64,000 nucleotides of DNA from contig OZ316895.1 in assembly GCA_973895155.1 (NCBI GenBank), forward strand, positions 15,444,816 through 15,508,815, written 5' to 3'. Both the position numbers and the translations under genes were made by a program. This DNA is from Marsupella aquatica (lineage: Eukaryota; Plantae; Marchantiophyta). Below, in pieces: positions 24,051 to 35,857 of the stretch (position 1 is the first letter of the stretch; every line of letters starts with the position of its first letter). Under the pieces are notes generated by a model, which worked only from the letters and a program-made list of their open reading frames with translations, made no database searches and had not been told where the DNA came from.

Positions 24051-24178
24051 TGCCCAGAGAGGCATGACTTTGTGATAACTCACTGAGTAGAGATAGGTCT
24101 TGGGTTCAACTACTGTGGCTGACTCTTACCTTTGTGTGGGGTTTCACAGATTTCCCCTTTAAAAAGGCGGGAAAAAAA
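24051..24178 (+). mobile_element. tRNA-derived SINE (copy 1) with 15 bp TSD, inserted in a small foldback element
   Basis: A-box-like tgataactcactgagtagag, B-box-like gggttcaacta, A-rich tail. Flanking direct repeats ggattaaggggtcta (24036-24050) and ggactaagggctcta (24179-24193). The head is shared with 45841-45939. Confidence 0.7.
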
Positions 24179-24726
24179 GGACTAAGGGCTCTACCATACC
24201 GTATACTCATTATGGGATGGGTAGAGCCCTTAATCCTATACATTTGTTTACATAAAGTGCATGCCCCAAAACAAGTTTTACTTTAAGGTCATGTGTTCAC
24301 TTAGTATAGTCCTTGCCCAGCCACTCCTCTCCAAGTGTAGGTTTTAATTTGTCATTACTAGTCTTAGTGCAAAGGTGAGAGTGGCAAACACCAAAAAAAT
24401 GTCAGCAGGTCCAAAATGTATGTTCTCATTACTACTCATACTATCTCAGTGCAAAGCTTAGTGTGACAAACACGTGAGAGATGTCAGCAGGTCCAACCAT
24501 AACTACACACAGGACCTTTGATTACGATCAAAAGCACACGGTTCCTTTGAGTATAGTGTACGCCCTTAGTCCTATACATTTAGCCTCTGCTCCAGCACTG
24601 AAATGAATGGTTTGCTTGCTTTGTTGCCTAGTCGTTACACTCTCTGTCTTCTCGACATACTCTGGAGCTCTACTGCATCAGCATTCCTTGGGCTTCTTAG
24701 AGTGCTGAAATTGGAGTGTCAGTCGG

Positions 24727-27700
24727 ATGGTATCACTCGTGATGGGGAAGGATGGGAGCTCAGGGGAGTCTGAGAAAGCCGAGGGAAAAATTGACGTTGG
24801 AGGAGATTCGCATGGGGATATTGGACCCATAGGTGATGCAGATTTAGGTTTGAGGTTGGTGCAGGAGCTGGATGGGCACACGGACAGAGTATGGGGTGTG
24901 GCGTGGAGTCCTAGCGGTGGGCTTCTAGCATCATGTAGTGGCGATAAGTCCCTGAGGATATGGGAAAAGACTCCGTCATCCTCGTCTTCCTCTCCTACTT
25001 GGACTTGCAAGGTGCTCCGACTTTGCTTGTCCGTATGTCTTCAGTTTTTTGCTATTTCTCCCGCATTGCTCTCTCACATCACGTTTCTCTTGGTTTCCAC
25101 AGTCTACTTAGTAGGATAGCACGAGAGAGTAGAGCTTTTCTCTTGGAATGCCTATCTAAATTCGTGAATGATTCGCTGTAGGCAGTTTTGGACGAAGTAC
25201 ACACACGCACAGTGAGATCATGTGAATGGGCCCCTGGTGGGAGACTACTCGCAACAGCGAGCTTTGATGCAACAACTGGGATTTGGGAAAATGTGGGTGG
25301 TCAGTTTGAATGCGTCGCCACTCTTGAGGTGAGACTTAAGATGACACTTGGGCTATCTTTGTCATTTCGGAGCATGCCACCTAATGCGTTGTAATATTTT
25401 CTGCTGGCATAGTGAGGCTGGAAGGCAACGGTCTTCTGACAAGACATTCTTTCTGTGCTTTAGGGACATGAAAATGAAGTCAAGAGTGTGGCTTGGAATG
25501 CGTCGGGGATGCTGCTCGCCACTTGTAGCAGAGATAAGCACGTCTGGATCTGGGAGGTGCAGCCAGGGAACGAATTTGAGTGCATGTCCGTATTAGCTGG
25601 ACACACTCAAGATGTGAAGATGGTCACGTGGCATCCATCCGCAGACATTTTGGTGTCTGCAAGTTATGATGACTCCATCAAGGTTGGTTTTTCTGTCTAT
25701 GATAAAATTAGTGTACTTTCAGAGATTGTTCAAAGTGACGGGTACCTTTACACCAAAGAAAGGGCATACATTTAACTAGTAATCCCTCCAATTCAAGAGA
25801 AGATCCGATGGAAAGACTCTCCGAAAATTGTTTTTCAAAATGAAAAGCTCCCTCTCACATTCTTTTCATGATGTTCCATTTGTTAATTTTATGTGGTCAT
25901 TATTTGTAATGTTATATGAATGACCATAAATTTGAATGCAATCAGGCCATCCCCTTCTGGAGATGTAGGGATTGTAATTTGAAGACCGAGCTTCCATTGA
26001 TCGAGTACAATCACACCAGGCAACTCAGCTGAGATCCACGAAATAACTCCTTAAAGGAGCGAAGACGTGTATTATAGTGGATATAGCCTAGGACTGAACA
26101 TTCTTTCCCGGTTTAACATAAAGTGTCTTTGTATGCTTGAAAATCTAGTGTCACAGCCCAAGAATGGCTTCATGATGTCGGGTAAAAAGAGGTCCTTCTC
26201 AGTTTTGTGATTGAAAGGGATGCGCTTGGCACTGCAGGTCTGGAAAGAAGATGGTGATGGAGATGATTGGCGCTGTGTGCAGACTTTGGCTGAGCCTGGC
26301 CTGTAAGTGTTCTATCCAATTTGTCATTTCTCTCCCCAAGATTAGCGTGAGTAACTTTCAATCCACCTGAAGACCTGTCTTTGTTTGACCATTCCGTGGA
26401 GTTTAGGAGTCTCGGAGTGGAAATGCATAGGACAGTGTTTCTTTGACCTTCGAAAAATACACACAGAATTTGGCTGAGCTTCCAGCAGTCTCCTTTCATC
26501 GATAGCCACCATTTTCAATGCCGTCGAAGCTTTGTGGAGCTCGCTGCATCCTTGTAGGTCCTCGTTAGTCGTACCCTCTCAATTCCAGTAGTATTTTCTC
26601 ACTCGGTTATGGGTACCTAATGTGGGGAGCATGACATGTCTTGGGTTTCTGTTCACTTCTAAGAGTTGTATAGCTTGTGACCGCAGGGGTCATACGTCAA
26701 CAGTGTGGGCAGTTTCATTTGACAGAACAGGAGATCGGTTGGTATCTTGTAGGTAAGCTACAGTAGTTGACTTCAATAACTTGAGCTCTCTAGTTCTCTT
26801 GATAAGTCTACAGTAGAGTTGTAAAGTGAATGAATATATAATTCCAGTGTGAAGAATTGAATTGTGTCACATCCTCCAATAGCAAAAAGTCGAAATAAAA
26901 CAAACTTTCATTGGTACGAGCGCTAGCCTGACCTTATGCCCCATGGGCCTTCAAAACGATCAAAATATGCAACTATGATGTACCCTACGGTCTTTGTCTG
27001 TTCAGTTCTAAACGGATCAGACTGCATGCCGCTTTCAAGAATTTGCTCTCAAGATCTCACTTTGCGACTGCAAGGATGTTTACTTGTATCTGAGCTACTG
27101 GACTCTTCTGAGGGAACCTGTGAATCGATCCTGCCAAACGTGTCTGACAAAGCGAGTAACTTGCGCATTGTTTGGACAGTGATGACTTGACACTGATGAT
27201 ATGGGATACAAGTTCTGACTCTCCAAGTGCAGCTGGGTCTGACCATAGGCCCTGGTGAGCACCCTATCGAACCCTTGGATCACCTAAAATCAGTCTCACC
27301 TATCAGAGATCATAAACTGTTCGGTATTAGTCGTTTGTGACGCAACATTCATTCCAATGCTAATTGATTGATTGTACGGATTTTCAGGAAGCACTTGTAC
27401 ACTATCTCTGGATACCATGATCGTACAATTTTTTCTGTCCATTGGTCAAGGTATGTTTATTCCTGGGCCTGGTTGCCGGCAAATTCTTTGTATTCTTGAT
27501 CTTCAGAAGAAGCAGACAGAAGTCCAGTACTGCTGCAGATTCCGATCTAGCTGGCTTGATATCACATTCAGAAGTCTTGAATAGTGACTTTTGACAATGG
27601 ATGGAACTTTTAAAAAACAAATGAATTTTAAATGTTTAGTGGGTTTTCCGAAGAGTTTACAAGAACAGAAAACTTTCAAAACAGCCACTGGCTACTTTAT

Positions 27701-28872
27701 GTGGAATGATGTCGTGACACTTGTCACTAAATTGCCACAACTTCTTTTCCCATCTCATTTCTCCATCTTGTTTCCCCACAAGCTCGGCAATTATCACCTA
27801 CTAACCTTTTGCTGTCGTTGTAATTGAAACAGTGCCAATGGGTTAATTGCAAGTGGAGCAGGAGATGATTGTCTCCGAATCTTTGCTGAAGAGAGAATGC
27901 AGGAGTCATCTGTGTCTGTGAGTGATTTTAATTTCACTTTCGAGGACAGTCGTCCAGCTTGGTGCATATCACATCTATGCTAGGCTTCTGTCCACCGTAG
28001 AATTATATTGCTTTCGACTGCGCTTAGTTGAGCACCTGTTATTGGAGTCGCTAAGGTCCTTGTTCAATTGCAGGGTGGAGGTAGTGCTTTCACAATGGTT
28101 GTGAAGAAAGAGAAAGCCCACAGTACGGACGTGAACTGTGTTAAGTGGCATCCAACGGTATGTATCTTCATTGCAGTTGTAGTGAATGGGATTTTGTACA
28201 TTCTGAAAGAGTTGGTCGTTGTATGCAATTTCTTGCCTCTTTTTTGTGCGCGAAATGGGTTCTTCAACTTTGCAAAATTTTTATACACAGCTCCCGCTGA
28301 TGCTTTCAGAAGGTGACGCCTGCAATTTGAGAGTGCACCTCCTACTTATTTAGAATATCGATCTGAGATTGTCCTTAGTGAAATAGTTAGTGTTAACCAG
28401 GATCAGTGGGATTCTATATTATTACAAGTCTATGCGTAGAAGTCGAGATACTTGCAACACTCGACGGAAATGTTTCGCACGCACAAGTTGGTAGCGCGTT
28501 CGGATGCACATTTTCATTGTTTATTGTTTGTTTCCGCTAGGATTCCACGAAGCTTACCCCTTTAGTTGCAGGAGTATTCTGCAAATTAGCACACTGCACA
28601 AAGCCAACTGGCAAGAAATTGGATTCCCAATCCAACTGTACCTAAGTCGAGTTTAAAGTCAGCAAGAGGCAGCTCCGTAATAACCTTCTATATTAACCCT
28701 GTCGAATTTCGGAATTTTGCTTGTAGCTACACACAACAATTAAAGGCTTAAATTTGTGGACTGTTTTTGCGCTTTTGTGCAGGATCCAAGATTGTTGGCA
28801 TCAGCAGGTGATGATGGCACTGTGAAGATATGGGAAGTAACTGGAGACCTTGATAAGTTCATAAAAAGATGA
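24727..28872 (+). CDS. CIA1: Cytosolic iron-sulfur protein assembly WD40 protein CIA1/CIAO1
   Basis: Exons: 24727(or 24742)-25011, 25182-25328, 25464-25682, 26238-26302, 26687-26752, 27180-27254, 27388-27450, 27833-27917, 28074-28157, 28783-28872; all GT-AG. Hallmark WD repeats [23 protein letters not shown]...[25 protein letters not shown]...[52 protein letters not shown]...[13 protein letters not shown]. Confidence 0.95.
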
Positions 28873-29835
28873 TGTCAGTCTTGTTCATGCGGTAGATAAA
28901 TGGTGGAGATACTTTGTAAACCTTTTTTCTGGAAAGAAAATAATACATCTATTCCGGGTTTTCAAGTTCCAATGTTCGAAGGATTGAATCCACAAGGATT
29001 GAATTGGGTTATGTTTGCTTACGTGGCATGACCCAATTCTGTTGATGAGATCCCAAACACTCATGCACATGGTGCTTACTGAATCACCTTTCAGGAATGT
29101 GTGCTCGATAGATGGACATAGTTGGACTAAGAGTGAGGGTTGTATTCTCAAGAGTCTGTAAGCAGCACTGCGATTTTGCCCCCAAGTAAGTGAATAACGA
29201 GAGACTGGCCCTCATTGATAAATTCTCCCTAAGCACTTGACACAAAGTGCTGACTAAGCCAAGCAAAGAAAGTCTTGTGCATAGTTAACAAAGAAAGTCT
29301 TGTGCATAGTTGACAAAGAATGACTTTGTGTGAAAGGTAACATTTACCACTATGTGTCATATCACGCTTAAAAGGTGGGATCACCCGTTTACAAACTGAT
29401 AGAAAAGCCACAATCAAAACATCATTAATTTTACAGTCACATCTATCCCTACACCCACATCTAAAATGAAGCTGCCTGTTTGCCTTGCACCTACCTGAGA
29501 GATGAACTTAAATGAAAATCCTACCTGCACCTACCTATGAGAAAAACTTACATCAAAAATAATTTTGGACCCCATTAGGGGTATTTTCCAAAATTCCAAG
29601 CTCCACAGTGTGTCACATCATCATGGCAAGCTGCAAACACATATAGACTTTTTTTTGGGGATAAAATGAACTTTTGCATTCTTGTTTGTGACAACTTTTC
29701 TGTAAAAACTGGGTTTTCTTGGCACTTGGTTAAGCTTAGACTCTATGATGTGGTGGCCAAAGTGATTTTAGTGTCACTTGGTTAAGTTTAGACTCTATGA
29801 TGTGGTGCCTGCTATCTTGCATCTTCAATATCTAG

Positions 29836-29865
29836 GTGCAACGCACAGGTTATTGAACACACCTA
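29836..29865 (+). mobile_element. Isolated Helitron-type 3' hairpin motif (degenerate terminus)
   Basis: gtgcaacgcacagg, identical to the 6902 core, followed by ...acCTAT instead of CTRR. Upstream 29260-29810 holds several short tandem duplications. Confidence 0.35.
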
Positions 29866-30494
29866 TAATAAGTGTGTAATCGAGATCACACATAACATGT
29901 CTTGACAACTATTACAAAAATTTAATTTTATTGTCTTGCCTTGACATATTTTTCGCCTCCACATATTTTACTAATCTTTAAATATTTATCTCTCTTCAAC
30001 ATCTTTTCTTTGGTGGCATGGGGTTACAGCTAGCTAATAGGGACCTGTCACATGGGAGGGTGAACCCATAGACTAATTAATAATGACCCAAATATAAAAT
30101 GGGGGACTAGTTGATAATTCATTTTGTTTGGAGTACACCTTAGTAATATTGACTAGTTTTGAGGGTTAGTAAAAAGCTGTTTTCTGAATTGCTTTTTGAC
30201 TCTTAGATCTCACTAGATTTCTGAAGGACAGTCAGATTTTGGGGAGTGGGGTCGGTCACTAGGTGGGAAATTGGCCAATCGAATACAAATAATCTACTGT
30301 AGCTAATTTCGCCAAATTGGCCAAAACTTTTTGGGGTGGTGGAATCTAGCCAAATTTTGCTATACGCTGGTGGAGGGCGAGGGCTTACTCGTGTTCAGAC
30401 GACCATACACAAGACTGGTCGCACAACCCTCTGAGGGCGAGGGCGGACTCGTGTGCAGACTACCATACACAAGACTGGTGGCACATCCCACAGA

Positions 30495-30686
30495 TATATA
30501 TCTATATATCACACTGCCAAAAATAGACAGGAACGTCAAACATGGAGACAAGGTCCCAAAGGCAAAAGAATCCAATAAAGGGGGAAGGGAAAGACAAATA
30601 TGGAGACATGGTCCCAAAAGGCAAAAGAACCCAATAAAGGGGGGAGAAGGGAATGGAAAGACCCGAAGAATACCAAAGAGACCCAA
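30495..30686 (-). mobile_element. Short insertion with 6 bp TSD (cacaga) and (TA)n-like tail; possible 5'-truncated non-LTR element
   Basis: Absent from the paralogous segment at ~35915. Flanked by cacaga at 30489-30494 and 30687-30692; internal ~58 bp duplication. Shares acactgccaaaa and caaacatgga motifs with 60749-61027. Confidence 0.5.
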
Positions 30687-31010
30687 CACAGAGGTGCCAT
30701 GATTGCAAACAGTAACAGTTCCTATGGAGGTTCCGGAAGTAGAGCACAACTATTCAATGCTTGTGTCACATGCTCTTCGCTATTCGTGCTGCTTCCTGCT
30801 TTCTGCCCCTCGTCAAACCATTCCCATGCATTTTGTCGATCGATCGCCTACAATACTTCCGCTGAATGCTTCCCCCACAAGTACAGTTGCGTTCGGTAGA
30901 CTGTGATTCTGTGCAGAAGCCATAAATTTGCGCAGCTCAGCATCAGTTCCCTCGATGTGAAGCTTCAAACCTGATTCAATCAGGCTACGACACTGACTGC
31001 ACCTGTTCTT

Positions 31011-32014
31011 ATGATTTGTGGGCAGCTGCGCGGGACCTCGTTCCGCGTCCATATTCTCAGAAGCACCCCTCGCACACGAAAGGGCATTTATCAAACAAGG
31101 GCAATCAGTATGGGGACTATGAAAGCAGCTGTCATCTACGAGGCGGGCGGACCCGAGGTGTTGAAGCTCGAGCAACGCCCAATTCCGACTCCACAGAGTG
31201 GCCAAGTACTCATCAAGGTCAAGGCGTTTGGGCTGAATCGGACCGAGATGTTCACTCACCAAGGTCATACCCCCAATGTCAGGTTTCCTCAAACCACTCA
31301 CCAAGCTCATGCCCCCAGTATCAAGTTTCCGCGAATCCTGGGAATCGTGGGCCGGGCCTTTGACGGTGGCTATGCGGAAACAACTCCCATGGGAAACACT
31401 CGGAGCTATGCCTGAAATGTTGCAGACAGCTTGGGGCTCTCTGTTCAAATCCTTACAGCTGAAGAAGGGCGATCGGTTACTTGTCCGTGGAGGAACTACT
31501 AGTGTGGGACTAGCGGCTGCGGCTATTGCCAAAAACCATGGAGCCTACGTCGCATCTACAACAAGAAGGGCCGACCGGTCGGAGATGCTGAAGGAAGGGG
31601 GCGCAGATGAGGTTTTTATTGACGATGGCAAGATAGCTCAGCAAATCAGCGCAAAGGGTGGTGCCGAGGCATTTGACAAGGTCCTGGAACTCATTGGCAC
31701 AACCACTCTCTTGGATTCTCTGCCATGCGTGAGTGAGCACGGCATTGTTTGTATGACAGGCATCGTTGGCAATAGTTGGACGCTCGACAGTTTTTCTCCG
31801 ATGGCATCCATTGCCCCAGCCTCTTACTTGACTGCGTATGCTGGTGGCCCAAATGAGTTCCGGGAGACGCCGCTCGAAGAGCTTGCGAAGCAGATTAAGG
31901 CTGGGCTCACTGAAAATCCAGGTTGGAAGAGTCTTCCATCTTGATGAAATCGTGGAAGCACAGCGTTGTATGGAGGAGAACAAAGCTGGCGGGAAAATAG
32001 TGGTCTTGACATAA
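31011..32014 (+). pseudogene. Pseudogenised paralog of the NADPH:quinone oxidoreductase at 36279-37358
   Basis: Relative to the intact copy: 42 bp tandem duplication (~31254-31337), 78 bp in-frame deletion (after ggaatcg), 41 bp frameshifting deletion (after tatgcggaa), and +1 G at ~31905. ORFs 31011-31415 and 31276-31944 carry the split halves. Confidence 0.9.
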
Positions 32015-32560
32015 ATCCACCATGAGAAGTCTGCAGGGAGTAGAATCCACGACTCTGAACGAGGCCAGCCTAGCACCTCCGAATTTGTGAGACCAATTTG
32101 AGCAAGGCAAGGACTGACACAGAAAAGGCTGTAGCCGAGACTTCAGATGCTCGACTGTTCTTCATGCTATTGTAGCTGTCGAGTAGTCTCTAGTCCAGAG
32201 GTTCGCACTCAATTTGGTCTTTTTACTACGACAAAGGTCAGATTTTCGAACTTAGGAAATCACGGATGTCAATGAAGAAAAATACGCACAAATTGTGTCA
32301 AAACATGTGTAAAATTCTTGAAGATACTGAAAAATCCAAATATCTAAGGCACTCATAACTCGTGTGAAGTAGCTGATGGACCGTGGTATGCTATCAACCG
32401 GCTCCGTTGCTCGACTGGTTGCAGAGAAGATATGATTAGATCTCGAAGGGCGTTCTGACCAGTAAACTGAAGCAGCCCTATGATTGAACCAGGGGCCATT
32501 GGACAGGTCACGAGACGATGGAAGAAAGTAATGGCTGGAATGGTATTTCTTGCAGCAGAA

Positions 32561-33200
32561 GGACAACATAGACATTGCAAGGCTCCACTTTGCTACTTGA
32601 TGTCTTTAGAAACTATGAGGATTGCCTTCTCCACGCGATTCTTTATCAAATTTGCCAAATTCCCTGCTGTACCTTGTAAACCGTAAGGATATCAGAATTT
32701 GACACAGACATGTGCCAAATTCATGTGCAACTACTCAGACATGTGTCAAATTCATGTGCAAGGATAATTTTGACAAACTAACGTCTGAGGACTTTTAGAC
32801 TAAGTTGGAGCAAAAGAGCAGGGTTCCCATTGTTGCCTCCATGCCTTGGGAAACAGGTTACAAAAAAGAATTACAAATTCTCATTAACCTTCAATGTTGT
32901 GGATGGAATGCTTGGACCAGATCTTGGGACTCCCAGCAAATTTCATCACTTCCACACTGAAATTTTTGGGATTGATGAGGTTTTGTTGCAAGCTGAAATC
33001 AAAATTGAGTCTAGCGGTAGTGTGGGCCTTGTTGGCATGGCAAGGATAGGAAAGACTACCCTCACCATGGCATTATTCGATCAATAAGCTGGCGCCCAGT
33101 TATAAATACACCTGCTGCATTAGGGGCGTAAAATATATGAAACGGTCTGTCAGATATGCTCTGCTAAAAAACATGCATTATTGCGGTAAGAGAATTACCG
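32561..33200 (+). pseudogene. NB-ARC (NLR resistance-gene) remnant
   Basis: ORF 32830-33087 reads EIFGIDEVLLQAEIKIESSGSVGLVGMARIGKTTLTMALFDQ, a degenerate NB-ARC P-loop (VGIxGMGGIGKTTLA). It continues in another frame as PSYKYTCCIRGVK (RNBS-A-like). Stops and frameshifts are present. Confidence 0.6.
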
Positions 33201-35502
33201 AGAAAGAAAGCAAGATAGAATTGGGAGTTCAGATATTGCACATCTTACTAAAGCAAGTTCATGCCAAGTGATTTGTGTTCCATTTTCCGAGCCAAAGTTG
33301 TCAAGACAACTTTTGTTGGCCTTAGCAGGTCGTGGTTTAAATTCTCATGTTGAGACTCGACACACCAGAGATTGATGTATGAACACTGCAAGGGTTCTGG
33401 TGTGCCATAAAGCATTGATCTAAGAGATGAAGACTGCAAGGGTTCTGGTGTGCCATAGAGCCCGAATCTAACCCAACTGTAAGTTGATATTGGTCTGGGT
33501 GGTATACCAAAGTCAAGTAGTGCGAGCCATAGTAAGCTGCCTTCCTAGGTGGGTTATGGTTTAATAATAAGTTGCACCCCAGTTGGATAAGCGAGTTCGT
33601 ATTAGCGAACCTATTGCGAACAGTCTTATCGCAATTCACACCCCTAAAATTGTCCTGGCCTGATCGAGCTACAATCCAGGATTTCTTATGCACAGTAACT
33701 CCAATTCATCATTGAACTATGCAAAGATTTTGCTTTCTGTTCAAGTCAACCATACTATTGACGCCTTGGATAAGGGGACAAATGTGCTTTGTTCATTCTT
33801 AAGCTTTAAGTTTGACATAATCACAATCAAGGTTGGCCATTCCTTAACTTTCCTTCCAACTTAAACTCTTACCTTACTTCGATTTTTGGAATATGTTTTA
33901 AGCACAGGAACTTGGACAACAACAAGTTCAGTGGAGCATTGCCCTCAAATCTGAACAAACCAGGATTGAACTTCACGTGGTGTATTAATTAAGTCACCTG
34001 TGTAATTCTATGAAGGCAACCCCCTCAATGTTTTACAAGTTACTTTAAAATATATATGAAATTATTCAAGTAAAAATTACAGTCACAGTTATACACAATG
34101 CAATGGGTAATTTTCAGGGCAGTAAACAAAGTTCATAAACATTCACCCAAATTAATTATAGATTAATGAACAAAAATAGAACCAAACTTTTAAGTTTTGA
34201 AAGTATTTTTAAAATCTTACTTAAATAAAAAATAACAAGGTATTTATACTGCTCAAATTTTGGCTTGGCTTTTATCTATAAATCTATACAATGACAAGCC
34301 GGCAACAGGTAAAAAGCTAACATAAACAAACCAAATCCATTGCAAGACGTTCAACAATGATAACCTATTAATTTGACAGCCAATTGGAATGCAGGCGTGC
34401 AGAAAGAGGTGCTCAGATACATGGCGGTCCCTTTCGACGAGGACCAGCTAACGAAAAAGGAGGCGACGCACGAATATATACAGAACACGAAGGGAGTGCA
34501 CCTGACCTAGGTGATAAGGCTGAGGCACATGTTCAACATGTCAATCGACATGCTGGTGACCTTGACCAGACAGCACACACAGATGTTGATCAACCATCTG
34601 CAAAGGAGTAGCGAAGAAGGTCTGATCATCGACGTCCCCGCTCCAAGCAGGGACAAGACAATGACAATGGGCGCTTCTTTGAAGCGCAAGTACAATGCCA
34701 CCTAGAGGGGACCTAGGCACTCTTAGTTAGATCAGGATTTCAGCTTCATGTATTAAAAAACTATTTTACATAAATAAAAAATTCACTTCTTTGCTCCAAA
34801 AAAAACAACTTTACTTGATCAAACACCCATTCCTTGGATCAACAAGGGGGGTCCACGGATTAATTTCAAAAATAATAAAATGGTTACAGTCAGGTATTTT
34901 TATACCCTGCTCTTTGTTATTTGGCATGTTACTTGTTGATTTGCCTACATATGTACAATTCCCGAGTCTTACCACTTTCTGGCATCCCCACAAACATGAA
35001 CTGCAGTGTTTGTTTCTCGCATAGTACATCCTTGTTTGTGTTTGCAGCTGAAACAATAAACTAAGGTGGTGCAATGACATGACAAGAATTTTACAAATAA
35101 CTTTTAGCACGGTCAGTAATGAGTATTAATTCTGGGGGCTAAACTTTGTCCTTGTTTGGTGTGTGTACTCTTTGGACCTCTCCTCTTTTTCTTTCCTTTT
35201 CATTGTAGCTTGTTCGAGCTTGTTTTTCCCTGATTTACAAATTTTGGTGGAAGTTACTAAGGGTGGCTTTACAAAAACTTGGGGGCAGCAATTCTTTTTT
35301 TTCTAAGTGAGAGATGCAATCCTAGCCATTCAAATGTGTAAAATGGCCACATTTCACTTTACACTAACTTGGGGGCACAATCAAGCAAAAGCATTGCCTA
35401 ATCTATTCATCTGTGAGTGGGCCCCTTGTGGGTCCCATTTTTGGTGATGAGTGCAAGGTTTTTTGTCAAAAACTTAGACCTCCTCTTGAGGTGGTCTAAA
35501 AA

Positions 35503-35575
35503 CCTAGAGAAGCATGAGTTCAACTATTGTGGTTGACTCTTATCCTTATTTCTCCTTCTAAAAAATTAACAAAAA
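35503..35575 (+). mobile_element. Internally deleted copy of the SINE family
   Basis: cctagagaagcatga|gttcaactattgtggttgactcttatcc matches the head and post-B-box parts of the 24051 copy, with the A-box segment missing; A-rich tail. Confidence 0.45.
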
Positions 35576-35857
35576 ACCTTGGAGCAAACTGGCGCTTCTT
35601 TTCTCGGAATTGAAATTGATTACTCCCAACCTGACACATTTTTCTCAGGCATTTTAACTTTTGTGTAAGGAAATGGTCATCGGCTTTGCTTTGAGAGACA
35701 CTGGACGGCCCCACCTTCTTGTAAAGCCCCCCTAAAGTAGTGATGAAAATGAAATAGTGATGACGGGGTCAGTAGTGAACATTAATTTGTGCGCGAATGT
35801 AGTCATGAAATGATGACAGTGAAAAAATAGTGATGACGCTGGCCCTGACTGCGTGTA

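Larger units (their letters stand above)
30373..32560 (+). repeat. Segmental direct duplication, copy A (partner 35858-38018)
   Basis: Collinear similarity from ggcgagggcg..catacacaagactggtcgca through the oxidoreductase CDS and 3' flank to ...tcttgcagcagaa, where both copies diverge abruptly. Confidence 0.9.

Noticed and set aside
24051-24125. Possible tRNA gene (also 45860-45915)
   Set aside because: No convincing cloverleaf; A-tails and TSDs favour a SINE.
31510-32076. 188-aa minus-strand ORF, and similarly 30813-31532, 36198-36728 and 59483-59905
   Set aside because: Antisense shadows of real coding sequence on the opposite strand.
34384-34705. GC-richer island with short ORFs in AT-rich DNA
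   Set aside because: Possibly a transposon or gene fragment, but no recognisable motif and an internal stop.
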